38,361 nt of DNA from a virus, in IMG/VR virus record IMGVR_UViG_3300010236_000004, positions 1 through 38,361 of that record. One strand, written 5' to 3'. Both the position numbers and the translations under genes were made by a program. Position 1 is the first letter of the stretch. Every line of letters begins with the position of its first letter. A model generated the notes under the pieces. The model was given only the letters and a program-made list of their open reading frames with translations, made no database searches and had not been told where the DNA came from. Positions 1 through 7,915 of the stretch are shown here, piece after piece.

Positions 1-67
1 TCAGCAGCATCAGACTTGATTCCTATCTCTTCCCTGGATACGCAGTATTGCAAATCGCTCTCAAACT
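1..67. repeat. Terminal direct repeat: bases 1-67 are identical to 38295-38361. This is the assembly overlap of a circular or circularly permuted genome with unique length 38294 bp.
   Basis: Both ends read tcagcagcatcagacttgattcctatctcttccctggatacgcagtattgcaaatcgctctcaaact. A minus-strand ORF stays in frame across the junction. Confidence 0.95.
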
Positions 68-239
68 GCATCCCAAACCGAGCATTTAGAAATTCCTTGT
101 TGAATTCCTTCGCTTCCAGCTTCTTAGCCCAGAAGGTCAAGCCGCACTGCTTACAGCGGATGCAGTAATACTCGTCGTGAAAGGTCCTTGCCTTGCTGAT
201 CTTCTCAAATTCCTCATGCAAACACGTCGAGAAATCCAT
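1..239 (-). CDS. Hypothetical CxxC protein. This is the 5' part of a junction-spanning gene: ATG at 239, continuing at 38294 down to the stop at 38150 (127 aa in total).
   Basis: ATG at 239-237 gives MDFSTCLHEEFEKISKARTFHDEYYCIRCKQCGLTFWAKK... The 239 nt here plus 145 nt at the other end make 384 nt (128 codons), in frame with track ORF 38150..38347. Confidence 0.5.
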   Translation of the reverse strand, partial: MDFSTCLHEEFEKISKARTFHDEYYCIRCKQCGLTFWAKKLEAKEFNKEFLNARFGMQFESDLQYCVSREEIGIKSDAA

Positions 240-255
240 CGTGCCGGCTTCAACA

Positions 256-591
256 TCAATTTGCTTTTTTAGCTTTTCGTTTAGCATCCTTTTGCCTTTT
301 CTTGAAATCGAACCACCATATCTTCGATGTCAACCAGCCAAACACACCTGCCACATCACCGGCTTCAATGTCAGCCACCACGTTCTCACGTGTCCAGAAC
401 TCGACCCAGGTAGCATCATCCGCCACATCCTCAAATTCAATGGACGCCTGGATCGCACGCTCATGCTGCCAGCGTGCCTGTCCTGGTTTCAGTTTTGGCA
501 AGTTATGGAATCTATCCCTGTTGATGATTGCCCTTGCCATAGCCTGGGCAAACTCGCGGGAATCGGTTTTCGGTGCCTTTTTCTTGGGCAT
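256..591 (-). CDS. Hypothetical protein with a basic C-terminus; first gene of the leftward operon.
   Basis: Track ORF 256..630 begins with TTG. The internal ATG at 591 is preceded by AAGGGA about 6 nt upstream. No recognisable domain. Confidence 0.5.
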   Translation of the reverse strand: MPKKKAPKTDSREFAQAMARAIINRDRFHNLPKLKPGQARWQHERAIQASIEFEDVADDATWVEFWTRENVVADIEAGDVAGVFGWLTSKIWWFDFKKRQKDAKRKAKKAN

Positions 592-639
592 TGATAATCC
601 CTTGTTCTCGATGTTTTTTGGCCGTAACAACTAACTGCC

Positions 640-698
640 CTTATTATATAATAAGAACATCTGTCCTGTCAAGGGTATTTCATGAATTAGCCTTGACA
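640..698. promoter_or_regulatory. Candidate operator dyads in the divergent control region.
   Basis: Perfect 16-bp palindrome CTTATTATATAATAAG at 640-655. Inverted repeat TGTCAAGG (667-674) / CCTTGACA (691-698). Both overlap the promoter hexamers. Confidence 0.4.
643..672 (-). promoter_or_regulatory. Candidate sigma70-type leftward promoter (TTGACA, 18-nt spacer, TATAAT on the minus strand).
   Basis: Plus-strand tgtcaa at 667-672 and attata at 643-648 read as TTGACA and TATAAT on the minus strand. It is divergent to the rightward promoter. Confidence 0.4.
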
Positions 699-721
699 AA
701 TAAAATCATATAGTATATTAT
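693..721 (+). promoter_or_regulatory. Candidate sigma70-type rightward early promoter (TTGACA, 17-nt spacer, TATTAT).
   Basis: TTGACA at 693-698, 17-nt spacer, TATTAT at 716-721, directly upstream of the HTH gene. Confidence 0.55.
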
Positions 722-769
722 TGTCTTATGACGACATCGACCGAGAAAAACAAGCAAGGAGATAGCACG

Positions 770-1039
770 ATGAAAACAGGAACCTTTCGACTGAAAGGCA
801 GCTCCCTGTTGGCTCGGGCTGAAGAGAATGGCGTCGAGAACCGACATCAATTAGGATTGCAGGCAAATGTTTCCCACCAAACGATATACGGTATATTTGA
901 TGGGGAGCCAATGATGCAAATTGATTTGCGTGTTCTCGCTAAAATTCTAATCTTAGGGGTGGGGTACACGCCTGAAGAACTGATGAACGTCAAATTTGGT
1001 GATATCTTTGAGTACATTGAACCAGGAGCTGCTGATTAA
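770..1039 (+). CDS. XRE/Cro-like helix-turn-helix transcriptional regulator.
   Basis: ATG at 770 has AAGGAGA upstream, whereas the track start at 728 lacks an SD. The segment NRHQLGLQANVSHQTIYGIFDGE fits an HTH_XRE pattern. First gene after the rightward promoter. Confidence 0.6.
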   Translation: MKTGTFRLKGSSLLARAEENGVENRHQLGLQANVSHQTIYGIFDGEPMMQIDLRVLAKILILGVGYTPEELMNVKFGDIFEYIEPGAAD

Positions 1040-1191
1040 ATACAAAACGCCCCACTTTCATGAGGCGCTTTGCTGATCGCAGCTCGAAGCTGACTAATCA
1101 ATTCCTTACTGTTACGGCCAAGTATCGAGTAAGGGATGCATATGGTCTATTGCGATCATCCGATTTTCCAGTTTAATAAAGGAGGTTATTG

Positions 1192-1584
1192 ATGACATTA
1201 GAAGTATTTCAAGCCGGCCTGGTTGGTGTGCTGATTGGTGCTGCCATTGTTGGGCTGGGGGTGCTGGTGCATAACTGCATATCTGGAATCTTCAAACGAC
1301 TGAAGCAAATCGAGGATGAAAACGAACAAATCAAACAACAGAATAAATCATTGCAGCTTCAGATTGACGAGCTGATCGCCGTCAAAGAGCGATCACGTCA
1401 AACAGGATCCACGATGGCCGGATTGGAAGAGGCGATGGCTCACATCATCCGGATCAAATACAACCGTGATGTCGATAACCATGCCCTGGATTGTGCGCTC
1501 AACATGCTTCAAACGCTGCGGCAAGGCCCATACGCCTACGATCCGAATAAACAAACAAACGAAGGACGAAAGGAATACCTATGA
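1192..1584 (+). CDS. Hypothetical membrane-anchored coiled-coil protein.
   Basis: AAAGGAGG lies 6 nt upstream of the ATG at 1192. N-terminal hydrophobic helix (VFQAGLVGVLIGAAIVGLGVLV) followed by a heptad-like KQIEDENEQIKQQNKSLQLQIDEL. Confidence 0.6.
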   Translation: MTLEVFQAGLVGVLIGAAIVGLGVLVHNCISGIFKRLKQIEDENEQIKQQNKSLQLQIDELIAVKERSRQTGSTMAGLEEAMAHIIRIKYNRDVDNHALDCALNMLQTLRQGPYAYDPNKQTNEGRKEYL

Positions 1585-1853
1585 CAGACGAAATTCACAA
1601 CATGATCGAACAACAAGAAGAACCCTTTGGGCTCCCAATTGACCCAGGAACCCGTTTCACCAGGTTTTTCGGCGTCCCCAAGGGCGTGACGGCAATCATC
1701 AGCGTCCACGGCACCCGTGACATTCTCGAGATCATCAACCCAGACGACGGGCGTGCCCCATTCTTTCGCCTGCGTGAGGAGCTGCGTGTCTCGGAAGATA
1801 TTGAGCTCAGTACCGACGAGGAGGAGGATTATGACAACCCGTCAGACATTTGA
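1581..1853 (+). CDS. Hypothetical protein.
   Basis: ATGA overlap with the upstream stop. Acidic C-terminus; no recognisable domain. Confidence 0.55.
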   Translation: MTDEIHNMIEQQEEPFGLPIDPGTRFTRFFGVPKGVTAIISVHGTRDILEIINPDDGRAPFFRLREELRVSEDIELSTDEEEDYDNPSDI

Positions 1854-2253
1854 TCCCCTAGAATACTATTTCAAGCTCTGCAAAGATGTCGACGACGAGC
1901 TGCAGGACCAGCTTGTGATGCACATGATCCACAACGGTTACATCGGCGAAGAGAACCGTGTCACCCGTGAGCAGCTCTCGATTGCGCTGCTGGGTGAATT
2001 CACCCAGCGTACCGATCGGATGATCCGTAAAGCGAAGGAGGAGCTGCTCAAAAAGGGCATGCTCATTCTCTCGTCAAGCGGCACCGCTGGTTATTACCTG
2101 CCGGCGTTTCAGGACGAAGTAGACGAGTACATCCGTGAAAACACAAACCGTATTCATGCCCTGCTTCAAAACGTCCGAATGGCAAAGCAGGTACGACTTC
2201 CCTATCGCCAACCCGATCACGTCAGGCAGCTCAGATTTCTGGAGGTGCGATGA
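1831..2253 (+). CDS. Hypothetical protein.
   Basis: ATG at 1831 is preceded by GAGGAGGA. The upstream part of track ORF 1717..2253 overlaps the previous gene and is unlikely to be translated. Confidence 0.55.
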   Translation: MTTRQTFDPLEYYFKLCKDVDDELQDQLVMHMIHNGYIGEENRVTREQLSIALLGEFTQRTDRMIRKAKEELLKKGMLILSSSGTAGYYLPAFQDEVDEYIRENTNRIHALLQNVRMAKQVRLPYRQPDHVRQLRFLEVR

Positions 2254-2996
2254 GTGTTAGATTGATGTCCCTCGTTTTCGATAGCTTAGATCTATCTTCA
2301 ACCGATAAATTGATCATGCTGGCACTCGCAGATCATGCCAACGATGAAGGCAAATCTATCTATCCAAGTCAAAAGAGAATTGCTCTCAAAACTGGCTTGA
2401 CACGTCCGACTGTCAATAAACACATTCAAGCCCTGGTTGATGATGGTTACCTGAACCGCGAAAAATACAGGAATGACCTTTTTGGCACGCTTGAAGTTTC
2501 GATTAACATCAAAAAACTAAAAGCAGGGGGTGTAACGGAGAATGACACCCCTACCGATGAGGGTGTAACGGAGGATTACAGGGGGTGTAACGGAGGATTA
2601 CAGGGGGGTGTAACGGAGGATTACACAAACCATCATTTAACCACCATTAACCATCAATTAAAAAAAGAGGCCTCCGACCTATTCGAGTCTTGTCGTGAAA
2701 TCTTTGAAACCAAAAAGGGCAGGCTCATTACAGATCCGCAAGCCTTCAGCCAGATGATCAACAACTTCAAAGCCAACGGCGTTACCGCTGAAGATTACGC
2801 CGCTGCCATTGAAGCGATGGATGCCGATCCAAAGTACAACGGCTCCAAACCGACATCCTACGAAAAATGGGCGATCGGTTACGCCCAGCGGCGAAATAAT
2901 CCACCCAAGCCAAAAGCAAACGGGAAACAAAGGATGACCGATGATGTCTTTGAAGAAGCAAAACGCATCCTGCGAGAAATGGACGGTGATGAATGA
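2250..2996 (+). CDS. Replication initiator: N-terminal winged-helix/HTH domain, lambda-O-like organisation with the origin inside the gene.
   Basis: N-terminus LSSTDKLIMLALADHANDEGKSIYPSQKRIALKTGLTRPTVNKHIQALVDDGYL resembles phage HTH replication proteins. The linker is encoded by four iterons followed by an AT-rich stretch. Confidence 0.65.
   Translation: MSVRLMSLVFDSLDLSSTDKLIMLALADHANDEGKSIYPSQKRIALKTGLTRPTVNKHIQALVDDGYLNREKYRNDLFGTLEVSINIKKLKAGGVTENDTPTDEGVTEDYRGCNGGLQGGVTEDYTNHHLTTINHQLKKEASDLFESCREIFETKKGRLITDPQAFSQMINNFKANGVTAEDYAAAIEAMDADPKYNGSKPTSYEKWAIGYAQRRNNPPKPKANGKQRMTDDVFEEAKRILREMDGDE
2529..2625 (+). repeat. Four 19-bp iterons (GGTGTAACGGAGGATTACA), a candidate replication origin.
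   Basis: Copies at 2529-2547 (GGTGTAACGGAGAATGACA), 2562-2580, 2584-2602 and 2607-2625; the last three are identical. An AT-rich segment follows at 2626-2668. Confidence 0.7.
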
Positions 2997-3637
2997 GAAA
3001 AGAAAAGATCATCGAGCTCATCAAAACACAGACCCAGCTTTACCCCAACACCACCGTGATGGACGGCAAAGCCCTGGCTTATTACGCTTCTGCAATCTCA
3101 GACATTGACGACCAACACCTGATCATGGCTTTTCGGATGCATCTTGAAACCAATAAATGGTTTCCCAGTGTCAGCGAAATCCGTGCAGCAGCTGCTGAAC
3201 TTGCCGGCCGTCGCTCTGGCATCCCGATCGCCTTTGAAGCATGGCGTGAGGTCATGGATAACGCCAAACAGTGGATCACCGGCAATCATAGATCTGTTGA
3301 TCAACATGAGTGGTCGCATCCCCTGGTCAAAGAAGCTGCCAGGCTGATGGGCTGGGAGGATATCTGCTACACCACCAACATCGAGAGCACCCGGGCACGG
3401 TTCTTACAGGCTTATGAGCAGTTGAAGGACCGAGAAGAGCATGACCTGATTTTATCAAAGCACATTCGGGAATTCGCAAAACCGGAATCAAATCGTGTGC
3501 TGCCAGAACCGAAACAAGAACCAAAGCAGCTGGAGCATGGCGATAAGCCCGACTGGATGCAAAACGGATTCGCCAACATGCCCCAGCATATCAAAGATAA
3601 GTTTCTACGAACCAAACAAACATTGGAGGAAAAATGA
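2993..3637 (+). CDS. Putative replisome organiser / helicase loader (G39P-like N-terminal region).
   Basis: ATGA overlap with the initiator gene. The motif LIMAFRMHLETNKWFPSVSEIRAAA resembles the G39P loader family pattern. Its position directly after the initiator supports the call. Confidence 0.4.
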   Translation: MRKEKIIELIKTQTQLYPNTTVMDGKALAYYASAISDIDDQHLIMAFRMHLETNKWFPSVSEIRAAAAELAGRRSGIPIAFEAWREVMDNAKQWITGNHRSVDQHEWSHPLVKEAARLMGWEDICYTTNIESTRARFLQAYEQLKDREEHDLILSKHIREFAKPESNRVLPEPKQEPKQLEHGDKPDWMQNGFANMPQHIKDKFLRTKQTLEEK

Positions 3638-3873
3638 ACACAGATTGGCAAAACAAATATTACGAGCTCGTGGGTCACAAAGAGGTGCTGATCCAGAAGC
3701 TCAACGACGGCATCTTTGCTCCCCCTGAATGGGAACAGCTCATGGACGAGATGAAAGCCCACGGGATGCATGCGATGGCAAACGACCTCAAAAAGCGATA
3801 CGACGAGTACAAAGCCAAATGGGTTGATCAAACGACTCAGGTCGAGATTGAAAGTGTCGAGGTATCAGCATGA
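3634..3873 (+). CDS. Hypothetical protein.
   Basis: Translationally coupled (ATGA overlap). No domain recognised. Confidence 0.5.
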   Translation: MNTDWQNKYYELVGHKEVLIQKLNDGIFAPPEWEQLMDEMKAHGMHAMANDLKKRYDEYKAKWVDQTTQVEIESVEVSA

Positions 3874-4100
3874 AGATATATTTTGTTGGTGGCCAGGCAG
3901 TTGAAAACATTGAAAGACCTGATATTTCCATCCGTTGCAGTGACCAGGTATTTCACATTACCGAAACCGACGAGGGCATTTTAGTGACCGGAATGAGAAC
4001 TCAAAACATCAAGATAATGCCAACCAGCAGCGCATCGGTGATATTACAAACCGGTCAACGAAACGAGACCGGACGGGAACAAGGAGCAGACGCAGCATGA
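3870..4100 (+). CDS. Hypothetical protein.
   Basis: ATGA overlap with the upstream gene. No domain recognised. Confidence 0.5.
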   Translation: MKIYFVGGQAVENIERPDISIRCSDQVFHITETDEGILVTGMRTQNIKIMPTSSASVILQTGQRNETGREQGADAA

Positions 4101-4237
4101 CCGCCTTACTTGAATTTTTCGCAGCATACCCCACATTCACCATCCTGTTCATCGCAACCAGCCTGATTTCAACAGTGATGAACATAAAATACTTAACAAA
4201 TTCAAACCAGACCAAAATCGAAAGGAATAGAAAATGA
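4097..4237 (+). CDS. Small hydrophobic protein (46 aa), below the ORF-track cutoff.
   Basis: ATGA overlaps at both ends. Product MTALLEFFAAYPTFTILFIATSLISTVMNIKYL... has one predicted TM helix. Confidence 0.4.
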   Translation: MTALLEFFAAYPTFTILFIATSLISTVMNIKYLTNSNQTKIERNRK

Positions 4238-4410
4238 ACATTCAACGAAATTACACAAAATTTGATGCACGATACAATCCGCCCAAAGTTGGTCAGGTCA
4301 GGGAATTGTCTAAATTTGGGAGCCAGCAGGTTGATGCTGTTGGCGAAGTCGTGAAGGTGGATAAGAAAAAACGCACCTTCCTGATGCGAATACTCGCAAA
4401 GGGAGAGTGA
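4234..4410 (+). CDS. Small hypothetical protein (58 aa), below the ORF-track cutoff.
   Basis: ATG at 4234 overlaps the upstream stop and the stop at 4408-4410 overlaps the next ATG, filling an otherwise non-coding gap. Confidence 0.4.
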   Translation: MNIQRNYTKFDARYNPPKVGQVRELSKFGSQQVDAVGEVVKVDKKKRTFLMRILAKGE

Positions 4411-5114
4411 TGAAAGAGCGACCGATATTATTCAATTCAGAGATGGTCAATGCAATCCTGAAAGGTCAAAAAACGCAAACCAGACGGTTGAAGGGATTGA
4501 ATAAAAAACCTGTTTGGTCAATCGAATATGTGCACAGCATGGGTGGTTGGTATGTCAAATATCCTAATGGTCCAGATTGGGAAGTTATTCAATGCCCCTA
4601 TGGCAAACCTGGTGATCGTCTTTGGGTGCGTGAAACATGGCGTCCCTGGTCATGGCAAGAAGGAGAGCCGATCGGTATCCAATTCAAAGCTGATATGAAA
4701 CATCGTGAATGTTGGACGGATTGTGATGATATCAAACAAAGTGAATGGGAAGAGCGCCTGTGGATTCAAATTACTGACGAGCTTGACCAGAAGGGAATCA
4801 AGCCTGATGAATACGGATACTACCACTTTGACGGTGATCCACCTTTGCGATGGCGTCCCTCAATCTTCATGCCACGCTGGGCATCCAGGATAACCCTCGA
4901 AATAACAGAAGTCAGGATTGATCGTCTGCAGGAAATCTCACTTCACGACATAAATGCGGAAGGGACGCCTGACACCCTGGATAAGACAAAACGTCCGTTC
5001 GGATCCCGTCGTGAGCATTTCCAGCGATTATGGGATTCCATCAATGCCAAACGTGGATTCCCCTGGGATAAAAATCCCTGGGTTTGGGTGATCAGTTTCA
5101 AGGTTGTCAAATGA
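4410..5114 (+). CDS. ASCH/PUA-like domain phage protein.
   Basis: N-terminus MKERPILFNSEMVNAILKGQKTQTRR ... GDRLWVRETW matches a widespread phage family usually annotated as ASCH-domain. Confidence 0.45.
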   Translation: MKERPILFNSEMVNAILKGQKTQTRRLKGLNKKPVWSIEYVHSMGGWYVKYPNGPDWEVIQCPYGKPGDRLWVRETWRPWSWQEGEPIGIQFKADMKHRECWTDCDDIKQSEWEERLWIQITDELDQKGIKPDEYGYYHFDGDPPLRWRPSIFMPRWASRITLEITEVRIDRLQEISLHDINAEGTPDTLDKTKRPFGSRREHFQRLWDSINAKRGFPWDKNPWVWVISFKVVK

Positions 5115-5536
5115 CCGTCAAATCCAGCATGATGAACTACGCGCTCTATGGGGCACTCCCAAATGTCAACCTCTTCCAGCAGCTCGTACCATGCCCCAAG
5201 TGCGGCGCCAAACACTGCATCGATGCTGCAAGGCGTGGGCCGGCAGTCTTCATGCTCACAGCCGCATCCTACCGTGTGATCTGCCTCAACTGCTGGCATA
5301 AATCCAACACCGCACGGACGGAAGAGGGCGCCATTCAAAACTGGAACGATGGTGACAGTGCCAACAGGCTGGCTCAACTTCGCAAGAAGCACAATCTCTC
5401 ACAGGCGAAACTTGCCGAGCTTGCCGGCGTGTCCGCTGTCACCATCAGCAAGATCGAGCGCAAAGACACCAACGGAAGCCCTGCGACACGTCGAAGGATA
5501 GCCAGGGCGCTCGGCGTCACCATAGCAGACATTTAG
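5111..5536 (+). CDS. Lar-like Zn-ribbon (restriction-alleviation family pattern) fused to a C-terminal XRE-type HTH.
   Basis: N-terminal CPKCG...ICLNCW...EEGAIQNWNDG follows the Lar-family pattern. C-terminal LRKKHNLSQAKLAELAGVSAVTISKIERKD is a typical HTH_XRE. Confidence 0.5.
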   Translation: MTVKSSMMNYALYGALPNVNLFQQLVPCPKCGAKHCIDAARRGPAVFMLTAASYRVICLNCWHKSNTARTEEGAIQNWNDGDSANRLAQLRKKHNLSQAKLAELAGVSAVTISKIERKDTNGSPATRRRIARALGVTIADI

Positions 5537-5552
5537 CGAAAGGATTATACAC

Positions 5553-5720
5553 ATGCTTCAAACATTCACCACCTGGTTGATCAGCAGCCTCTTTGGGATA
5601 TCAAAATTCCTCATGGTTGTGGCGATCCTCGTCTTCATCCTCGACAAAGAAAAGAAGGATGCTATCTTCATCGCCGTGTTCTCCGTCTGGATGATGCTCC
5701 TGTATATCATCATAGCATGA
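5553..5720 (+). CDS. Small membrane protein (55 aa), below the ORF-track cutoff.
   Basis: ATG at 5553; two hydrophobic helices (LISSLFGISKFLMVVAILVFIL and AIFIAVFSVWMMLLYIII). Confidence 0.4.
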   Translation: MLQTFTTWLISSLFGISKFLMVVAILVFILDKEKKDAIFIAVFSVWMMLLYIIIA

Positions 5721-5789
5721 AAAGATTACGGTATAACCGACCACTTATGACAATAATTAAGAAAGTTTACGGTATGAAAGGATAGGACA

Positions 5790-6578
5790 ATGCCAACAAA
5801 TATCGAATGGACGAACGAAACCTGGAATCCCGTCACAGGTTGCACGAAGATCTCCGAAGGATGCCGGCACTGCTACGCCGAACGCATGGCCAAGCGCCTG
5901 GCTGGACGCTATGGCTATCCAGAACAGCCGCATCACTTTGACGTGACTATTCATGAATCTCAATTCAATAAGCTGTACCGTTGGAATAAGCCAAGGATGG
6001 TGTTCGTTTGCTCAATGGGAGATCTATTCCATGAGGACGTTCCAGACAATGTCATCCGCAGGGTGCTCAATCATTTCAGGGTTTATGACAAACATACCTA
6101 CCAGGTGCTGACAAAACGCCCAAAAAGGATGTATGAGGTCTTCTCGCAATTTATCGATGAGGATTGCGACAGTGATGTTTTACCCAATGTATGGCTTGGT
6201 GTCACAGCAGAAAATCAACAGGCAGCCGATGAACGCATCCCCTGGCTTCTCAAAATACCCGCAGCCGTTCGGTTTGTAAGCATAGAGCCGATGCTGGGGC
6301 CAATAACATTTAACTGGCGTAAGTGGATACCGGAGACTCTTAGGGTGCTCGACTGGATCATCTGCGGCGGAGAGACAGGCCCGGGAGCCAGAACCACAGA
6401 ATATAAATGGGTTGATGATCTATTCTGGGAATGCAAAATGGCGAGTATTCCATTCTTCTTCAAAAAGGTTGGCGATAACCCTGATCCATCTCTTGTAGGT
6501 GCACCAATAACAGAATACCGCCAATGGCCTAATTCCCCAATCACCAATCACCAATCACTGCCCGGAGGGCGCTCATGA
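5790..6578 (+). CDS. Phage Gp37/Gp68 family protein (DUF5131).
   Basis: The hallmark N-terminus MPTNIEWTNETWNPVTGCTKISEGCRHCYAERMAKRL is present, and the length is typical for the family. Confidence 0.85.
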   Translation: MPTNIEWTNETWNPVTGCTKISEGCRHCYAERMAKRLAGRYGYPEQPHHFDVTIHESQFNKLYRWNKPRMVFVCSMGDLFHEDVPDNVIRRVLNHFRVYDKHTYQVLTKRPKRMYEVFSQFIDEDCDSDVLPNVWLGVTAENQQAADERIPWLLKIPAAVRFVSIEPMLGPITFNWRKWIPETLRVLDWIICGGETGPGARTTEYKWVDDLFWECKMASIPFFFKKVGDNPDPSLVGAPITEYRQWPNSPITNHQSLPGGRS

Positions 6579-6793
6579 TCCGCTTCGTCAACCTCTTCGA
6601 TATGCCCTCCGGACGTTTCACCTTACAGATCCTCGGCTTTGAATACTTCAAAGGCAGCCGCCTATTCGCTTTCACATTCTGCAACCTTCGCATCCTGATC
6701 GGCAAAAAGCGCAAACCCACGCCGGCACCCGAGAACCATCACATCTACACGGGAGACGGCGGCGCTCCCATCAAAACAACCTACGACTATTAG
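6575..6793 (+). CDS. Hypothetical protein.
   Basis: ATGA overlap with the upstream gene. No domain recognised. Confidence 0.45.
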   Translation: MIRFVNLFDMPSGRFTLQILGFEYFKGSRLFAFTFCNLRILIGKKRKPTPAPENHHIYTGDGGAPIKTTYDY

Positions 6794-6807
6794 AAAGGAT
6801 CAACTTC

Positions 6808-7344
6808 ATGACCACAGTTGTTTGTGTCACTAAAGACGGCAAAACCGTTATGGCATCCGACTCCGCAGGCTCCAACGGCTCACGAATCTGGATCCAGGAT
6901 AAACCCAAGATCGTCACCATCGGCGATTTCACCATTGGCAATTCCGGATCCATACGGGAAGCAAATATCATCGAATACGAATTCTCTCCTCTTGAAAGAA
7001 AAGAGGGTGAAACAGACGAGAAATATATCTACCGGAACGTCAATCAAATCAAAGATCTGTTTGAAAAGCGCAAAACCAGCGAAAAAGATCATAAGTGCTC
7101 GAGCAAGTTCCTGATCCATTACAAGGGGAAGGTTTACGAATTCGACACTGATTTTCAATTCATGCAGTGGTCAGGCGACATGCACGCCATTGGGAGCGGC
7201 TCAGACTATGCCCTTGGTGCAATGAGTGCGTTGATTTACGATCCAGAACAGTCTGCTTTGGATATCGCCAGTAAAGCGATCCAGGTTGCCGCCCAGTTCG
7301 ATCCCAGCACTGTTGCTACGCCAATTCACACCGTTTTACTGTAA
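6808..7344 (+). CDS. HslV/proteasome-beta-like Ntn-hydrolase peptidase.
   Basis: N-terminal MTTVVCV provides Thr as a putative nucleophile after Met removal. DKPKIV gives a Lys near position 33. HAIGSGSDYALGAMSAL parallels the HslV motif AIGSGGPYAQAAARAL. Confidence 0.7.
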   Translation: MTTVVCVTKDGKTVMASDSAGSNGSRIWIQDKPKIVTIGDFTIGNSGSIREANIIEYEFSPLERKEGETDEKYIYRNVNQIKDLFEKRKTSEKDHKCSSKFLIHYKGKVYEFDTDFQFMQWSGDMHAIGSGSDYALGAMSALIYDPEQSALDIASKAIQVAAQFDPSTVATPIHTVLL

Positions 7345-7353
7345 GGACACACC

Positions 7354-7728
7354 ATGATCCAGATCGACATTCCAAACGTCTTCATCAAGCCATACGTTCG
7401 TATGACACAAAAGGGAAAGTTCGTTTCACGTCAAGCGCAGCAATACCTCAACAACCAGAACGCCCTCATGACCCTGATCCGCAACCAGGTACAGCTCCAG
7501 GGTGCACAGATGTACCCCAAAGGCATCCCCCTGACGGTTATCATGCAAGTCTACGTTCACACCAGCCAGGGTCACAGAGCGGACTTAGACAACATCGTAA
7601 AGAGCGTGATGGATGCCAGCAACGGCATCGTCTTTGAAGACGATCGCTGGATTGACGAGTTTCAGGTCGTGCGTACCATCGGCGAACAAGAGCGACTGTT
7701 CATGATCGTCACGGAAAAGACTGTATAA
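7354..7728 (+). CDS. rusA: RusA-family Holliday junction resolvase.
   Basis: The motif RADLDNIVKSVMDASNGIVFEDDRWIDEF matches the RusA catalytic acidic motif, at a typical length of about 120 aa. Confidence 0.85.
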   Translation: MIQIDIPNVFIKPYVRMTQKGKFVSRQAQQYLNNQNALMTLIRNQVQLQGAQMYPKGIPLTVIMQVYVHTSQGHRADLDNIVKSVMDASNGIVFEDDRWIDEFQVVRTIGEQERLFMIVTEKTV

Positions 7729-7729
7729 T

Positions 7730-7912
7730 ATGACTAAATTCAAAAGTTTGTTCAGTCTAACCCCTCTGACAAAAGAGCAAATGGCTGAGCATATTCAGGC
7801 AACCAGAGAATTGCAGGAAGGAAAACGCTGTATCATCTGTGGATCCAAAATGGAAGAATGGAATGGTACTGTACTGCCAGCCGTATGTGATAAGTGTATG
7901 AAAAAGGAGTAA
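7730..7912 (+). CDS. Small Zn-ribbon protein.
   Basis: CIICGS...CDKC cysteine pairs. Confidence 0.45.
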   Translation: MTKFKSLFSLTPLTKEQMAEHIQATRELQEGKRCIICGSKMEEWNGTVLPAVCDKCMKKE

Positions 7913-7915
7913 GTG

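Noticed and set aside
1717-1830. N-terminal extension of track ORF 1717..2253, together with other track starts using TTG or GTG far upstream (256..630, 33430..34557, 33087..33509, 32460..33044, 36327..36632).
   Set aside because: In each case an internal ATG has a proper SD and forms an ATGA-type or short overlap with the upstream stop. The extensions overlap the preceding gene.
6538-6558. The heptanucleotide CAATCAC repeated three times in tandem at the 3' end of the Gp37/Gp68 gene, a possible slippage or phase-variation tract.
   Set aside because: There are only three units, with no homopolymer or longer tract. The repeat encodes an ordinary C-terminal tail (PITNHQS), so there is too little evidence for a switch.
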